A stretch of DNA of 63,718 bases, the filler included, from Licmophora abbreviata (Eukaryota), in NCBI GenBank assembly GCA_900291995.1. It is 17 parts of 17 records of this genome, joined end to end, with 100 filler letters (N's around TTAATTAATTAA, not from the genome) between each part and the next. Parts side by side here need not be neighbours in the genome. Positions count along the whole stretch, not along the records: positions 45,509 to 62,137 come from OLMU01001161.1; positions 62,238 to 63,718 come from OLMU01001165.1; 15 more parts are not named here. One strand, 5' to 3'. Positions within the stretch are counted from its first letter, which is position 1, and every line of letters begins with the position of its first letter. The position numbers and the translations under genes were made by a program. This document shows positions 54,862-63,718 of this stretch, piece by piece. The notes under the pieces were generated by a model. The model was not told where the DNA came from. It ran no database searches and was given only the letters and a program-made list of their open reading frames with translations.

Positions 54862-57012
54862 TCACCAGAACGATGGTTTGCCCTTGTCAATGGGTGGACT
54901 ATCCTTGCAAGGAATCTTGCTCGGTTTGTCTCGATAGTGACAACTTATGAGTGCCTCAGCCGAGCAGCATTCGCTTGCGAGATTGGGATTGCCCGTCTTT
55001 TCAGCAATGGTGGCCGCCGGCGTCGATATACACTTCTCTTGCACATACCACATGCCACTCTGCTTCATGAACAGTAACTTGTTCTTTTTGTTCTCTGTCC
55101 ACGACATGTGGAAGATGTAAGGATCAACTGCGCCCTTGAAGTAGTCTCGCATGTACTTTCCGCTTCTTTGGTGATAGTGATAGCCTCCCGGAAAGTCGTC
55201 CGTATCTCGGCCCAAAACTTTGACTCGCAATCCAAACAAGGACGCATGCTCGTTTAGCAGCGCAATGAGCGCCTGCTGATGACTGTCCATTTTGAGAATC
55301 AAATCGCCGGCGTGTAGCAATGCCGTGAAAAAGTATTGCGTTCGCTCGTTGGCTCGTACGTAGTAAAAGCCTGTGTTGGCGCTGTACGGAGCGTAGCGCT
55401 GTGTGTGAGCGCCATCGTCCTGAAAGTACATGTCAAAGTTTCCTATGTCGTTCGAATCCTTCTCAAAGTAGTCTAACGGATTCTTGAACCACTGTGAGGA
55501 GGCGGGATGAAGGGTGGGAGTGAGTTGCGATGAGAGCGAGCACGACCCGACGAATAAAATCACGGCAAAGGAATTGACACACGCACCACCAAGTCGACGT
55601 CTAGAAGAGAGAAGATCACGACCCGAATCACACAAGGGCCAGCAAGAGAGTAAGATATGCCTTCACACAGTTACATCTTCAGATACCAGGTAGGCACACT
55701 CTACTAGTAGTAATACATACCTTGAAACAGAACGTTGTACCCGAGCGACGATATCATCTGTACGCAAAACACCTTGGCCAACATCATCGCTGTGAACTTT
55801 TTATCTCCGTATCGAGCGGCGGCGTCCGCCGGCATGCTTCCAAAGTGCTACGACGGCCAGAGAGTGTAAGCAGGGGTGAGTGAGCAACACTCTCGTCAAC
55901 AACTGCAATGGCAAGAGGATAGAAGCGTCACTCATGCACTCGCCACTCACTGTCTTGTCGTAAAAGACTGCCAACCCAAGCCCTTCAGCTAACTCTTTCG
56001 TTTCTTCGTCCGTCGCAAAGACCAAAACCTGTGATAGGTCCATATTGTTGGCACGGGCACTGCATGCAAAGTTCATGAGAAGTTCGGACTGGCCAAAGTT
56101 GCAGACTTGGACTATGATGGTGTTTTTGTTCTGAGCTACCTTTTCAGCAATCGGTTTCAGTTCTGATATGGTATTGGGCATTTCGCGAATGTAAGTTTCT
56201 AACATATCCCAGAACTGTTGAATATGCTTGCGTTGTGGAGGCAAGAATTGCTGTCGTCCATTGGACTGGTAGCCTCTGGATACGAACCTCAGAGGTTCGC
56301 TCGACGAGACGCCTCCGCCGCTCGAGGGTACTCGCATCCAGTTTTGAATGTGAAATGACTCATACTGCGGAACAATAGCCGTACACTGCTTTCGATTTCC
56401 TTGATCGGCAAGTATGACATGCAAATGCTCGCAGTGCTCCAGTGCATGGGTTGTGTTGAGTAGCGGAATTGTATCTGCGTCTCGAATGGAGCCTCGTTCG
56501 CCAGATGGAAAGGCCGATTCTCTGTTGTACAGTATCAATACGTCTTCATTTCCGTTCGTCGCAGCTTCTACTGGTACTCCCAAGTCGTATTCAGTCGTAA
56601 AGTCTTGTTTCGTCGTCCGGGCCATTCCAGACGTAAACCTATTCATAGTTTCGGGAAATCGAGACGAATGACTTTCACCGAGTTCCTTTGCGACACGCGA
56701 CAGTGCATTGGTCATGCTGTGTTCCACCGAGCTACGATCCGTCTTGGGACTGCAGTTTGTGTCCTCCGTCATCCTAGTACTGTCGTTCGTAGTAGCATGA
56801 GACTGTGCCACACTCGCAGAAAGGGACCACAGTGAGCCAGCAAAGAAGGAGGCGGCACATAGGACAATCGTGAAGAGAATCGACGAGACATAGCCACTTC
56901 TACTCGATCCCGTCGACGCACTGTTTGAATGTGCACGAGTCCGATGATAGGCTAGGGACGAAGCATAGCGTGCGTCGCGACGCGGAGAGCCGCCGCTCTG
57001 CAATCGCGCCAT
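54862..57012 (-). CDS. nucleotide-diphospho-sugar transferase (GT77-like), copy 1, 4 exons
   Basis: Exons 57012-55951, 55847-55721, 55600-55587, 55491-54862. Type II TM anchor, VFATD, MMLAKV, LFQDVD, ANTGFYYVR, SHQQ, FHMSWT. Confidence 0.85.
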
Positions 57013-57148
57013 GGTCAATTTTTGATTCAGTTTTTGAGATTGTCACAATTCTTGTGTTGCGAGGTCTGTTTGTGTGACGAGCTCTGAAAGCAGATCGGAG
57101 ATTGGAAAGTCCGTCCGCCGTCCTTGTCAGTCTTGTTCTAGCTCCACG

Positions 57149-57172
57149 AAAAAGTCAAAAAGTCAAAAAGTC
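57149..57172 (+). repeat. (AAAAAGTC)x3 tandem repeat in bidirectional promoter
   Basis: Three exact 8-mers between the divergent GT77-like genes. Confidence 0.85.
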
Positions 57173-57235
57173 ACGATGCCCGATGCCCCGCAAACCGTCG
57201 ACATACAATCACAATCAATGCGACGACAGTAAGGC

Positions 57236-59266
57236 ATGACCATGTCGTCGCTAAACTCCCATCGAAGTCGATTGCCATTACGGCGAGGCCATTCGCACAA
57301 GGGGAGTCTGCTATCGTACTTGCCCACGGTTCTGGTCTGCTTTGGCTTCTGCACAGCGACGTTTTACGTCGGAATCGTCGTCGGGTGGCGGCAAGGTCAT
57401 TTCGAAGGGAGTCGGCAGGCATGCGAGAGCAATCACTCCAACGGAAGCGCCAACGAACCGAATTCTCGGCCTGCACCAGACGAGGACATCTCTATATCGA
57501 AAAAGCCTGGTCCAATTGTCTTTCCGGAATCCGTCAAGACGCTGTTTCAGGGCATGGCACTCGTGGATAGGGACAGTTTTGCTTCTCAGTTCGACGTGGG
57601 GGTGCCTCTCGACAAGACTTTACCGGGGAATCAAGAAGTCTTACTGCTTTACAGTGGAGGAAACATGCTTCCAAAACGATACGATCGCAGACTGAAGAAC
57701 TCAGGGGAATCGATTCTCAAACTTTCGGCCAAGGACGCCACGGAGCAGTGTACCACTATGAAGGTTGTCTTGACAGAAGCGCACAAGAAGAAGCAGCACT
57801 GCATGTACGTGGACATGCAGGACAGACATGGCGCCGTGGCATGCGCTTTCTTCTCGCCACTGAATATTGTTACGACTCCACCTTATCTCACTTTTCGCAC
57901 CACTCTTGTTTCTCATCGCAGCGCCATCATGGGACAATGGGAGTCCTATCACGTACACAAATTTATGAGAGTGCCAGGGCAAGAACGTATTCCGGTCGAT
58001 CTCAAGTATCCATTGCGCTATGTCAGTCGCTCCTACGATGACAAGGGTCGTGTATCAGCCGTTCCGTCGCAGAAAACATCCGACCAGTATCGAGATATGC
58101 TCCTCACATACTATGAGAGTTTGGACGAAGTGCTATCGCAGCTCAAGCCGATTGCTTCCAAGGTGGCTCGTGACAATACGATTGTCGTCATGGTTTGCAA
58201 CATGGGTCAATCCGAGCTGCTGATGAATTTTGCATGCAATGCCAAGCACCGAGGGCTTCGACTCGATCAGATATTGGTCTTTGCTACCGACGCACCGACC
58301 AAGGAACTGGCAGAGGGGCTCGGCATGTCGGCATTCTACGATAGCAAGGTAAGATTCTCGTCCTTTGAGTTGTTTCATTGAAGCTTGCGTGCCATTACTT
58401 ATGTCATGTCATCTCTGGTGACCGCACAGAACTATGCGGACATGCCGGAGCAGGCCGCGAATCGATACGCGGATCGGACGTTTAGCCGAATGATGCTGGC
58501 AAAGGTGTACTGTGTGCACATGATCAATCGTTTGGGATACGACCTTCTATTTCAGGACGTGGACATGTAAGTGGCTTTTCTGTGGTGCTTTCTGAGGGTA
58601 CACGGTGTTCCTCGCCTTCACTAACTCACTCCCTACGACTCTTGAATCAGCGTCTGGTACCGCGAGCCGATCGAGTGGTTTCACAACACATCCAATCCGC
58701 TTTACAATTTTGACATGTACTTCCAAGACGATGGTGCCCATACGATGCGGTATGCGCCCTACTCTCCCAACACTGGGTTTTACTACGTTCGCGCGAACGA
58801 TGTAACACAGAACTTTTTCGACACGTTTGTACGCATGGGCGACTTGATTGTTCATTCGGGTAGTCATCAGGGTGCCCTGACGGCAGTACTGAATGAGTTT
58901 GCATCCTGGCGTGGCTTGAAAGTGAAGATTGTGTCGAGAGATGCGGATGAATTTCCTGGAGGCTTTCATTATCATCGACGGAAACAGTACATGAAAGACA
59001 TGATCGAGCACAAGGTAAATCCGTACATGTTTCATATGTCTTGGACCGAGAACAAGAACAACAAGAAGAAGTATTTCCAGCAGATGGGCGATTTCTTTGT
59101 CAGTGAGCAGTGCGTCGGCAAGACAGCGGCTCAGATCGGAGGAAACCTATCTGCGGCATGTTGTTTGAAGGAGCCAGACTTTGTATGTCACTATCGTGAC
59201 AAGCCTAGTGTGCGTCCCTGTAAAGACAGTCCACCCATTGATAAGGATCATAAGTCATGGTGGTAA
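57236..59266 (+). CDS. nucleotide-diphospho-sugar transferase (GT77-like), copy 2, 4 exons
   Basis: Exons 57236-57804, 57922-58348, 58430-58566, 58651-59266. Same motifs as copy 1 (QSELLMNFAC, LFQDVD, MYFQDDGAH, CHYRDKPS). Confidence 0.85.
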
Positions 59267-59551
59267 AGATTAGAGGCGGACGAACTACTGTACCTGGCCC
59301 TATCATTCTTAGCTGGTAGGCTCTTGAATCGAGACTTACTCGTCACTACGATACAATACTCCCCCAAGGTTTCTTTTATATGATTGCTGGTTGTGATATG
59401 TGCAGATATACTTTGATAGCGTTCAGGATTACTCAATCAGCCCCAAATTATAGAAGTTGGAATTGAAAACATTCCTGGCAGGGACACAACATTCTTCCAT
59501 TGTTGCAACTCACATGCAACCTTTACTCGCGTCGCTTTGTTTCCGTTCGCC

Positions 59552-60358
59552 ATGTCACTTTCTATTCCCCACTGGCTGGAGGAGCACTGTCATCGTTTAT
59601 CAACGAATGATGTTGATTTGATGAATCTAAACCTGAACATTCGTCGTGTAGATGCCGACATGATGGAGGTTCTCGCCGTTGCGCTACAGAACAATCATTT
59701 GCTTCAGACTTTGAACCTTACAAGTTCTCTCATGAACGATCCTGCGGCTCTCATTCCATTTTCGAATCGCGTCATGCCTTACCATGCATCGCTACGGGTT
59801 TTGCACCTCAGTTACAATGAACTTACCGACGTGACCTGCCTTGGAGTGGCACTGCGGACGAACACTATCCTAGCCGAACTGTACTTGGATTACAATTGGA
59901 TCGGAGATGACAGTGCAGTAGTGATAGCAGAAGCCATCGATAGTCATTCCTCCTTGCGGGTTCTTAATCTCAACTCGAATTCTATTGGCGACAGGGGGGC
60001 GTCAGCTTTAGGCGAAATGATCGGCAGAGCTATCTCTCCATTGCGGCGCCTATCTTTGACGAACAATGAGATTGGCAAGACTGGTGCAGAGGCGCTGTAC
60101 AATGGTTTACTATCTAATGATCGGATAAAGGATGTTTGTCTCGACAAGAATGACAGTATTCCCGACAAACTCCTGCAGTACATCCAATATCTCACGCACG
60201 CCAATAGGAATGGCCGGTACCTGCTGAAGAGAGATTCGAATGACGTTCCAACTGGCCTCTGGCCGCACGTATTGGCCCGCGTTCGCGAGAAGCCAGGTAT
60301 GATTTACTTCTTTCTCACGAGCAAACCAGAACTGATGGCATGGGACAGGAAAAAGTAA
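59552..60358 (+). CDS. RI/NLRC3-like leucine-rich-repeat protein
   Basis: Repeats LxxLxLxxNxIGD.GA..L. The C-terminal NRNGRYLL...PTGLWPHVLA...IYFFL motif resembles, from recall, expanded diatom LRR families. Confidence 0.85.
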   Translation: MSLSIPHWLEEHCHRLSTNDVDLMNLNLNIRRVDADMMEVLAVALQNNHLLQTLNLTSSLMNDPAALIPFSNRVMPYHASLRVLHLSYNELTDVTCLGVALRTNTILAELYLDYNWIGDDSAVVIAEAIDSHSSLRVLNLNSNSIGDRGASALGEMIGRAISPLRRLSLTNNEIGKTGAEALYNGLLSNDRIKDVCLDKNDSIPDKLLQYIQYLTHANRNGRYLLKRDSNDVPTGLWPHVLARVREKPGMIYFFLTSKPELMAWDRKK

Positions 60359-60422
60359 AGTCGCGAACCGTGATTCGGGGGCAAGTCTGAGCAGCGCAAA
60401 CTTGAAGATTGCTGCTCTTGCC

Positions 60423-61460
60423 CTACTCATACCGAGCATCATCAACCACATCTTGTCTTGTCCTGGTTTTGCCGGCTCCAAGACAGAATATTGTCGCAAC
60501 GGGTCGCTCGCATGTGACGGGAATGTCTAGGCAAGTCGGTCGATTTTGCACCATGTTTGCGACGACCAACGTTGAGGAGCTACCCCCGTCGAGATTGATT
60601 CCATAATACGCTCCTTGCGCGACAAACACGTTTGCCAGTTCCTTCAGAGTAAGGCCACGGTTTCGGAGACTGGATCCGCAAAAACCGATGGGGTGGTGTC
60701 ACGGTATTACTTCGTTAGTCAAACGAACATTTGTCTAGACCTACCGTACGAAAGCGCTTCTAAATGGCATCAGAACGTACCACTTTTCACAACCATCCAC
60801 CACCAGAATCATCAAGTTTCCGTCCGCATCGACACCAATAGCCGTCCGTGGTGCTCTCTTGGCCCCAGTTGGATTTGAGGGTGTGTCAACAGCCTCACCT
60901 TCAAAGACAAGCCACTCGAATCCAGTTACAAACTCGACCAACTGCAGTGACGCTGCGACGCTAGCGTTCACTTGCCCCACAACCCACTCGTTTCGTCGCG
61001 TCCACCCAAATCCCACATCTCCACCATCCGAAAAGTCATTTGACACTCTTTGACGCATCACAACTCCCCCAATCAGCTCCCCGTGCGGTCCAAAGGGTCC
61101 TGCATTGACAGCAACGTGGCATTGGTGTCTTCTGGATTGTTTCGAAACTCGTTCTAGACGTTTACCACATTTCTCGTCACTTGTTCCATTTTCGGTGCCA
61201 CATGGAGTCTCTACTCTGAACGACAGTGATTCTGTCGAGCGAACCAAATACCCTTTTCGTCCATTTACCGGCGAAATGGCTGTCAAGTTGGTGGATGGAA
61301 AACGATTCAGTGGGATAGGAATAACGGCGGCATGACAGGGTTCGGCCGTTGACGAGACACCGTCTTGAGCACCTGGAAAGGTATCGACGGTCACGAGGCT
61401 CATCAAGAAGAGGAACATGAGGCGCTGCTTGCCTACCGATGCCAGAAAAAGCATCGCCAT
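60423..61460 (-). CDS. phosphodiester glycosidase (NAGPA-like), 2 exons
   Basis: Signal peptide, AVNAGPF, APRTAIG, LVVDG | intron 60780-60670 | GLTLKELA, INLDGGSSST. Confidence 0.85.
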
Positions 61461-61779
61461 GGTGCACTTGGCAAGTATCGAAGATCGATGCCATCATGAA
61501 GTACAGGTGAGTCACGTATATGGCGTCACTCTCGCGACTGGGTTACTGCCTTTGTCGAACGGGCGTTTTGGGAGACTAGGTCTACTCCAATCTCCCCCAT
61601 GGGGATGATTGAGCGGCATCCTTCATATAGAGTAATCGTATCATTCCAACGACTAGTTTAGTGCCTGTACTTCGGCATGTGATCGCGTACCATCAAAGGT
61701 CATTCGAAGGCCGGTGTCGTTTCAGCGTTTGGATGAGGCGACATTATCTACCAAGCCGGATACCAGGTATGCTCAGTCT

Positions 61780-62137
61780 TCACCATTGGCGGTCATCCCG
61801 CAGGTTCAGTCGCTCATCTTCATGAACCATCTCTGTTGACAGGGCCACTGTGGTCTGAGACGCAATGCGATTGTCCTTCGTATCGAACGTGTAGGAATCC
61901 GTGCCTAGCAGGATGGTGGTCTTCTTGTCGTCGCCTTTCTTCTTGCTCACTTCGGGAGTTCCTTTCCACACGACTTGAGCATGATTATCATGAACGCTTA
62001 TATGTTCCAAGGTAACGTGATCAAGATGCATATATCGAAAATACTGTCGAATGTCAGTTCGTCCGCGATACGCCCGCGGCATGCCATCTCGTACCGTGTA
62101 GAGAACACTGTCCTCTCGATAATCCTGCAAGAGGTCA
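61780..62137 (-). CDS. NTF2/SnoaL-like protein, C-terminal part
   Basis: DYREDSVL, YRGRTDIRQYF, QVVW, GTDSYTFD pattern. The 5' end is in a gap. Confidence 0.55.
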
Positions 62138-62931
62138 NNNNNNNNNNNNNNNNNNNNNNNNNNNNNNNNNNNNNNNNNNNNTTAATTAATTAANNNNNNN
62201 NNNNNNNNNNNNNNNNNNNNNNNNNNNNNNNNNNNNNTCACATACATGGTCTCTTTTGGAAATACGTGTCCTGCGAGGCGCAACGTCCGCCGCGGTTAAG
62301 AAGTGAGGAGAGAATTCAGACGAGCAACATGAGCAAGCAACGGCAGCGTCAACAACGTCCACATCTACAACCACAACAACAGTTTCAGTCTAGTTTTTAA
62401 AATGCCATGACGGTTTAGTCTACTACTGTGTTTGTAATAACCAAGCATGCCTAGAGCTGGTAGATACTCGTAGGAGTTCCGTATCGTCGGGCGTATCTGG
62501 TACGGGTATCCTAACTCTAGGCCCTTTATTAGGCTTGAGGGACGAAACAGGAAACGTGAAGGTCTGTCGCGAGTCCACCGACTTCACGTCGATCCCGAAC
62601 AACAAAAACCTGTCTCACTTGCCGCCCCGAGATTTCGAGATATGAGATATTGGATTCCAAGTTCCAACACAACTGCGATGAATGATGCCGACATTGATGA
62701 CAACGACACTCCACTTGTTGCTCCTCGACTTCATTTCAGTGTCTCTGTGGCTGTTCTTCTCACCGTATTTGTCAGTGTTGGCGAAACTTGAAAGTCAGAG
62801 CTTGAAAGGAAAGCTTTGAAGCGAGAACTCAGTAAATTTCAGAAATTGTGAAATTGAGGTCATTGTGTCGAATCCTGCCGTCTTCTCAGTCTCGCTACTT
62901 CTTTTCAAGTTCTTTCGATCGACCCTCCAAT

Positions 62932-63718
62932 ATGGGAAACGCCTCCTCTTCGGACCCTGCTGATAATGATGACTGGGATCAATTCGAGGGCATTGACACG
63001 CTGGGATATCGAGTACTCGGGGTCCAACCAGACTCGCCTGCATCGGAAGCCGGCTTGGTGTCCTTTTTTGACTTCTTGGTTGGGGCCAATGAAACCATGT
63101 TGCTGGGGACAGGAGAAGGCTTGGAAGAGGGAGAAGAATACGACGATGTAGACTTTCCTGGCATGCTGCAAGAACACCTCAACAAGCCGCTGGAGCTCCG
63201 TAAGTACACACACTGCCTTGGGATTTGCTCTGGAGGTCATACGTATGACACACGTCGCTTGCTCACGCTTGGCGTATATGTATGTTGTCTTTGCTTCCAT
63301 ATCTACCACGCAGTGGTCTGGAACATCAAGCATCAAGAAAAGCGCCTAGTTACCATTGTCCCAAACAACGACTGGGGCGGAGCTGGCTTATTAGGGGTCA
63401 CCATCCGCCTGGACAACTACGGCGGCGCCGACGAACGCTTGATTCGCGTCTTGAGCGTCGAACACCAATCCCCCGCGTCGATTGCTGGATTGGTCCCGCT
63501 GCAAGATTATCTACTTGGAACCACGACCGAATCCTTTGGTGACTCGTCCGTACTGGCCTCTGTCCTGTATGAGCACGTCGATCAAGTGGTGGAGTTGTAT
63601 GTATACAATACGGACAGTGATGTGGTGAGAGTTGTGAGTTTGCTTCCCACGTGGTCGTGGGGCGGCAATGGACTGCTCGGAGCAGAAGTGGGGACAGGAT
63701 ACTTGCATCGATTGCCAC
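62932..63718 (+). CDS. GRASP55/65 Golgi reassembly-stacking protein (runs off window)
   Basis: Not in the ORF track. MGNASS (myristoylation), GYRVLGVQPDSPASEAGL, intron 63200-63313, WGGAGLLGV, SPASIAGL, WGGNGLLGAEVGTGYLHRLP. Confidence 0.92.
   Translation, partial: MGNASSSDPADNDDWDQFEGIDTLGYRVLGVQPDSPASEAGLVSFFDFLVGANETMLLGTGEGLEEGEEYDDVDFPGMLQEHLNKPLELRKYTHCLGICSGGHTYDTRRLLTLGVYVCCLCFHIYHAVVWNIKHQEKRLVTIVPNNDWGGAGLLGVTIRLDNYGGADERLIRVLSVEHQSPASIAGLVPLQDYLLGTTTESFGDSSVLASVLYEHVDQVVELYVYNTDSDVVRVVSLLPTWSWGGNGLLGAEVGTGYLHRLP

Noticed and set aside
62238..62720. Short minus-strand ORFs as 5' exons of the NTF2-like gene
   Set aside because: Some splice-like signals exist, but no consistent gene model could be built across the gap.

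Overview
This window is not one organism. It is 17 contig pieces joined by 16 identical 100-bp artificial linkers (44 N + TTAATTAATTAA + 44 N), and it falls into three blocks. (1) 1-36669 is a GC-rich Roseobacter-group (Rhodobacterales) chromosome segment. It carries katG/oxyR, a DHPS (2,3-dihydroxypropane-1-sulfonate) uptake and catabolism cluster (hpsR-KLM-N-[gap]-P plus a small unannotated membrane gene), rnhB-ccrM, alkB, mutY, lpxK-waaA, tRNA-Val, dinB, pyrF, clpB and a methyltransferase/glycosyltransferase glycan cluster. (2) 36770-45408 is a nearly full-length eukaryotic non-LTR retrotransposon on the minus strand, resembling the diatom Ambal clade. It has ORF1, then ORF2 with AP-endonuclease, RT, RNase H and CCHC domains, an in-frame TGA in the endonuclease, a short inter-ORF peptide with a PCNA-binding (PIP-box) consensus, and a hairpin-rich 3' UTR. 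(3) 45509-63718 is compact eukaryotic DNA with short GT-AG introns and diatom-like genes: ankyrin-methyltransferase, class 3 lipase, 2OG-Fe(II) oxygenase, a bacterial-type deaminase, a head-to-head GT77-like paralogue pair with a 14-nt DxD microexon, LRR, NAGPA and GRASP55/65. The most parsimonious reading is a non-axenic diatom culture or bloom assembly containing a DHPS-consuming Roseobacter. The RT is not evidence of a new bacterial RT system. All family calls come from motif reading; no database searches were run.
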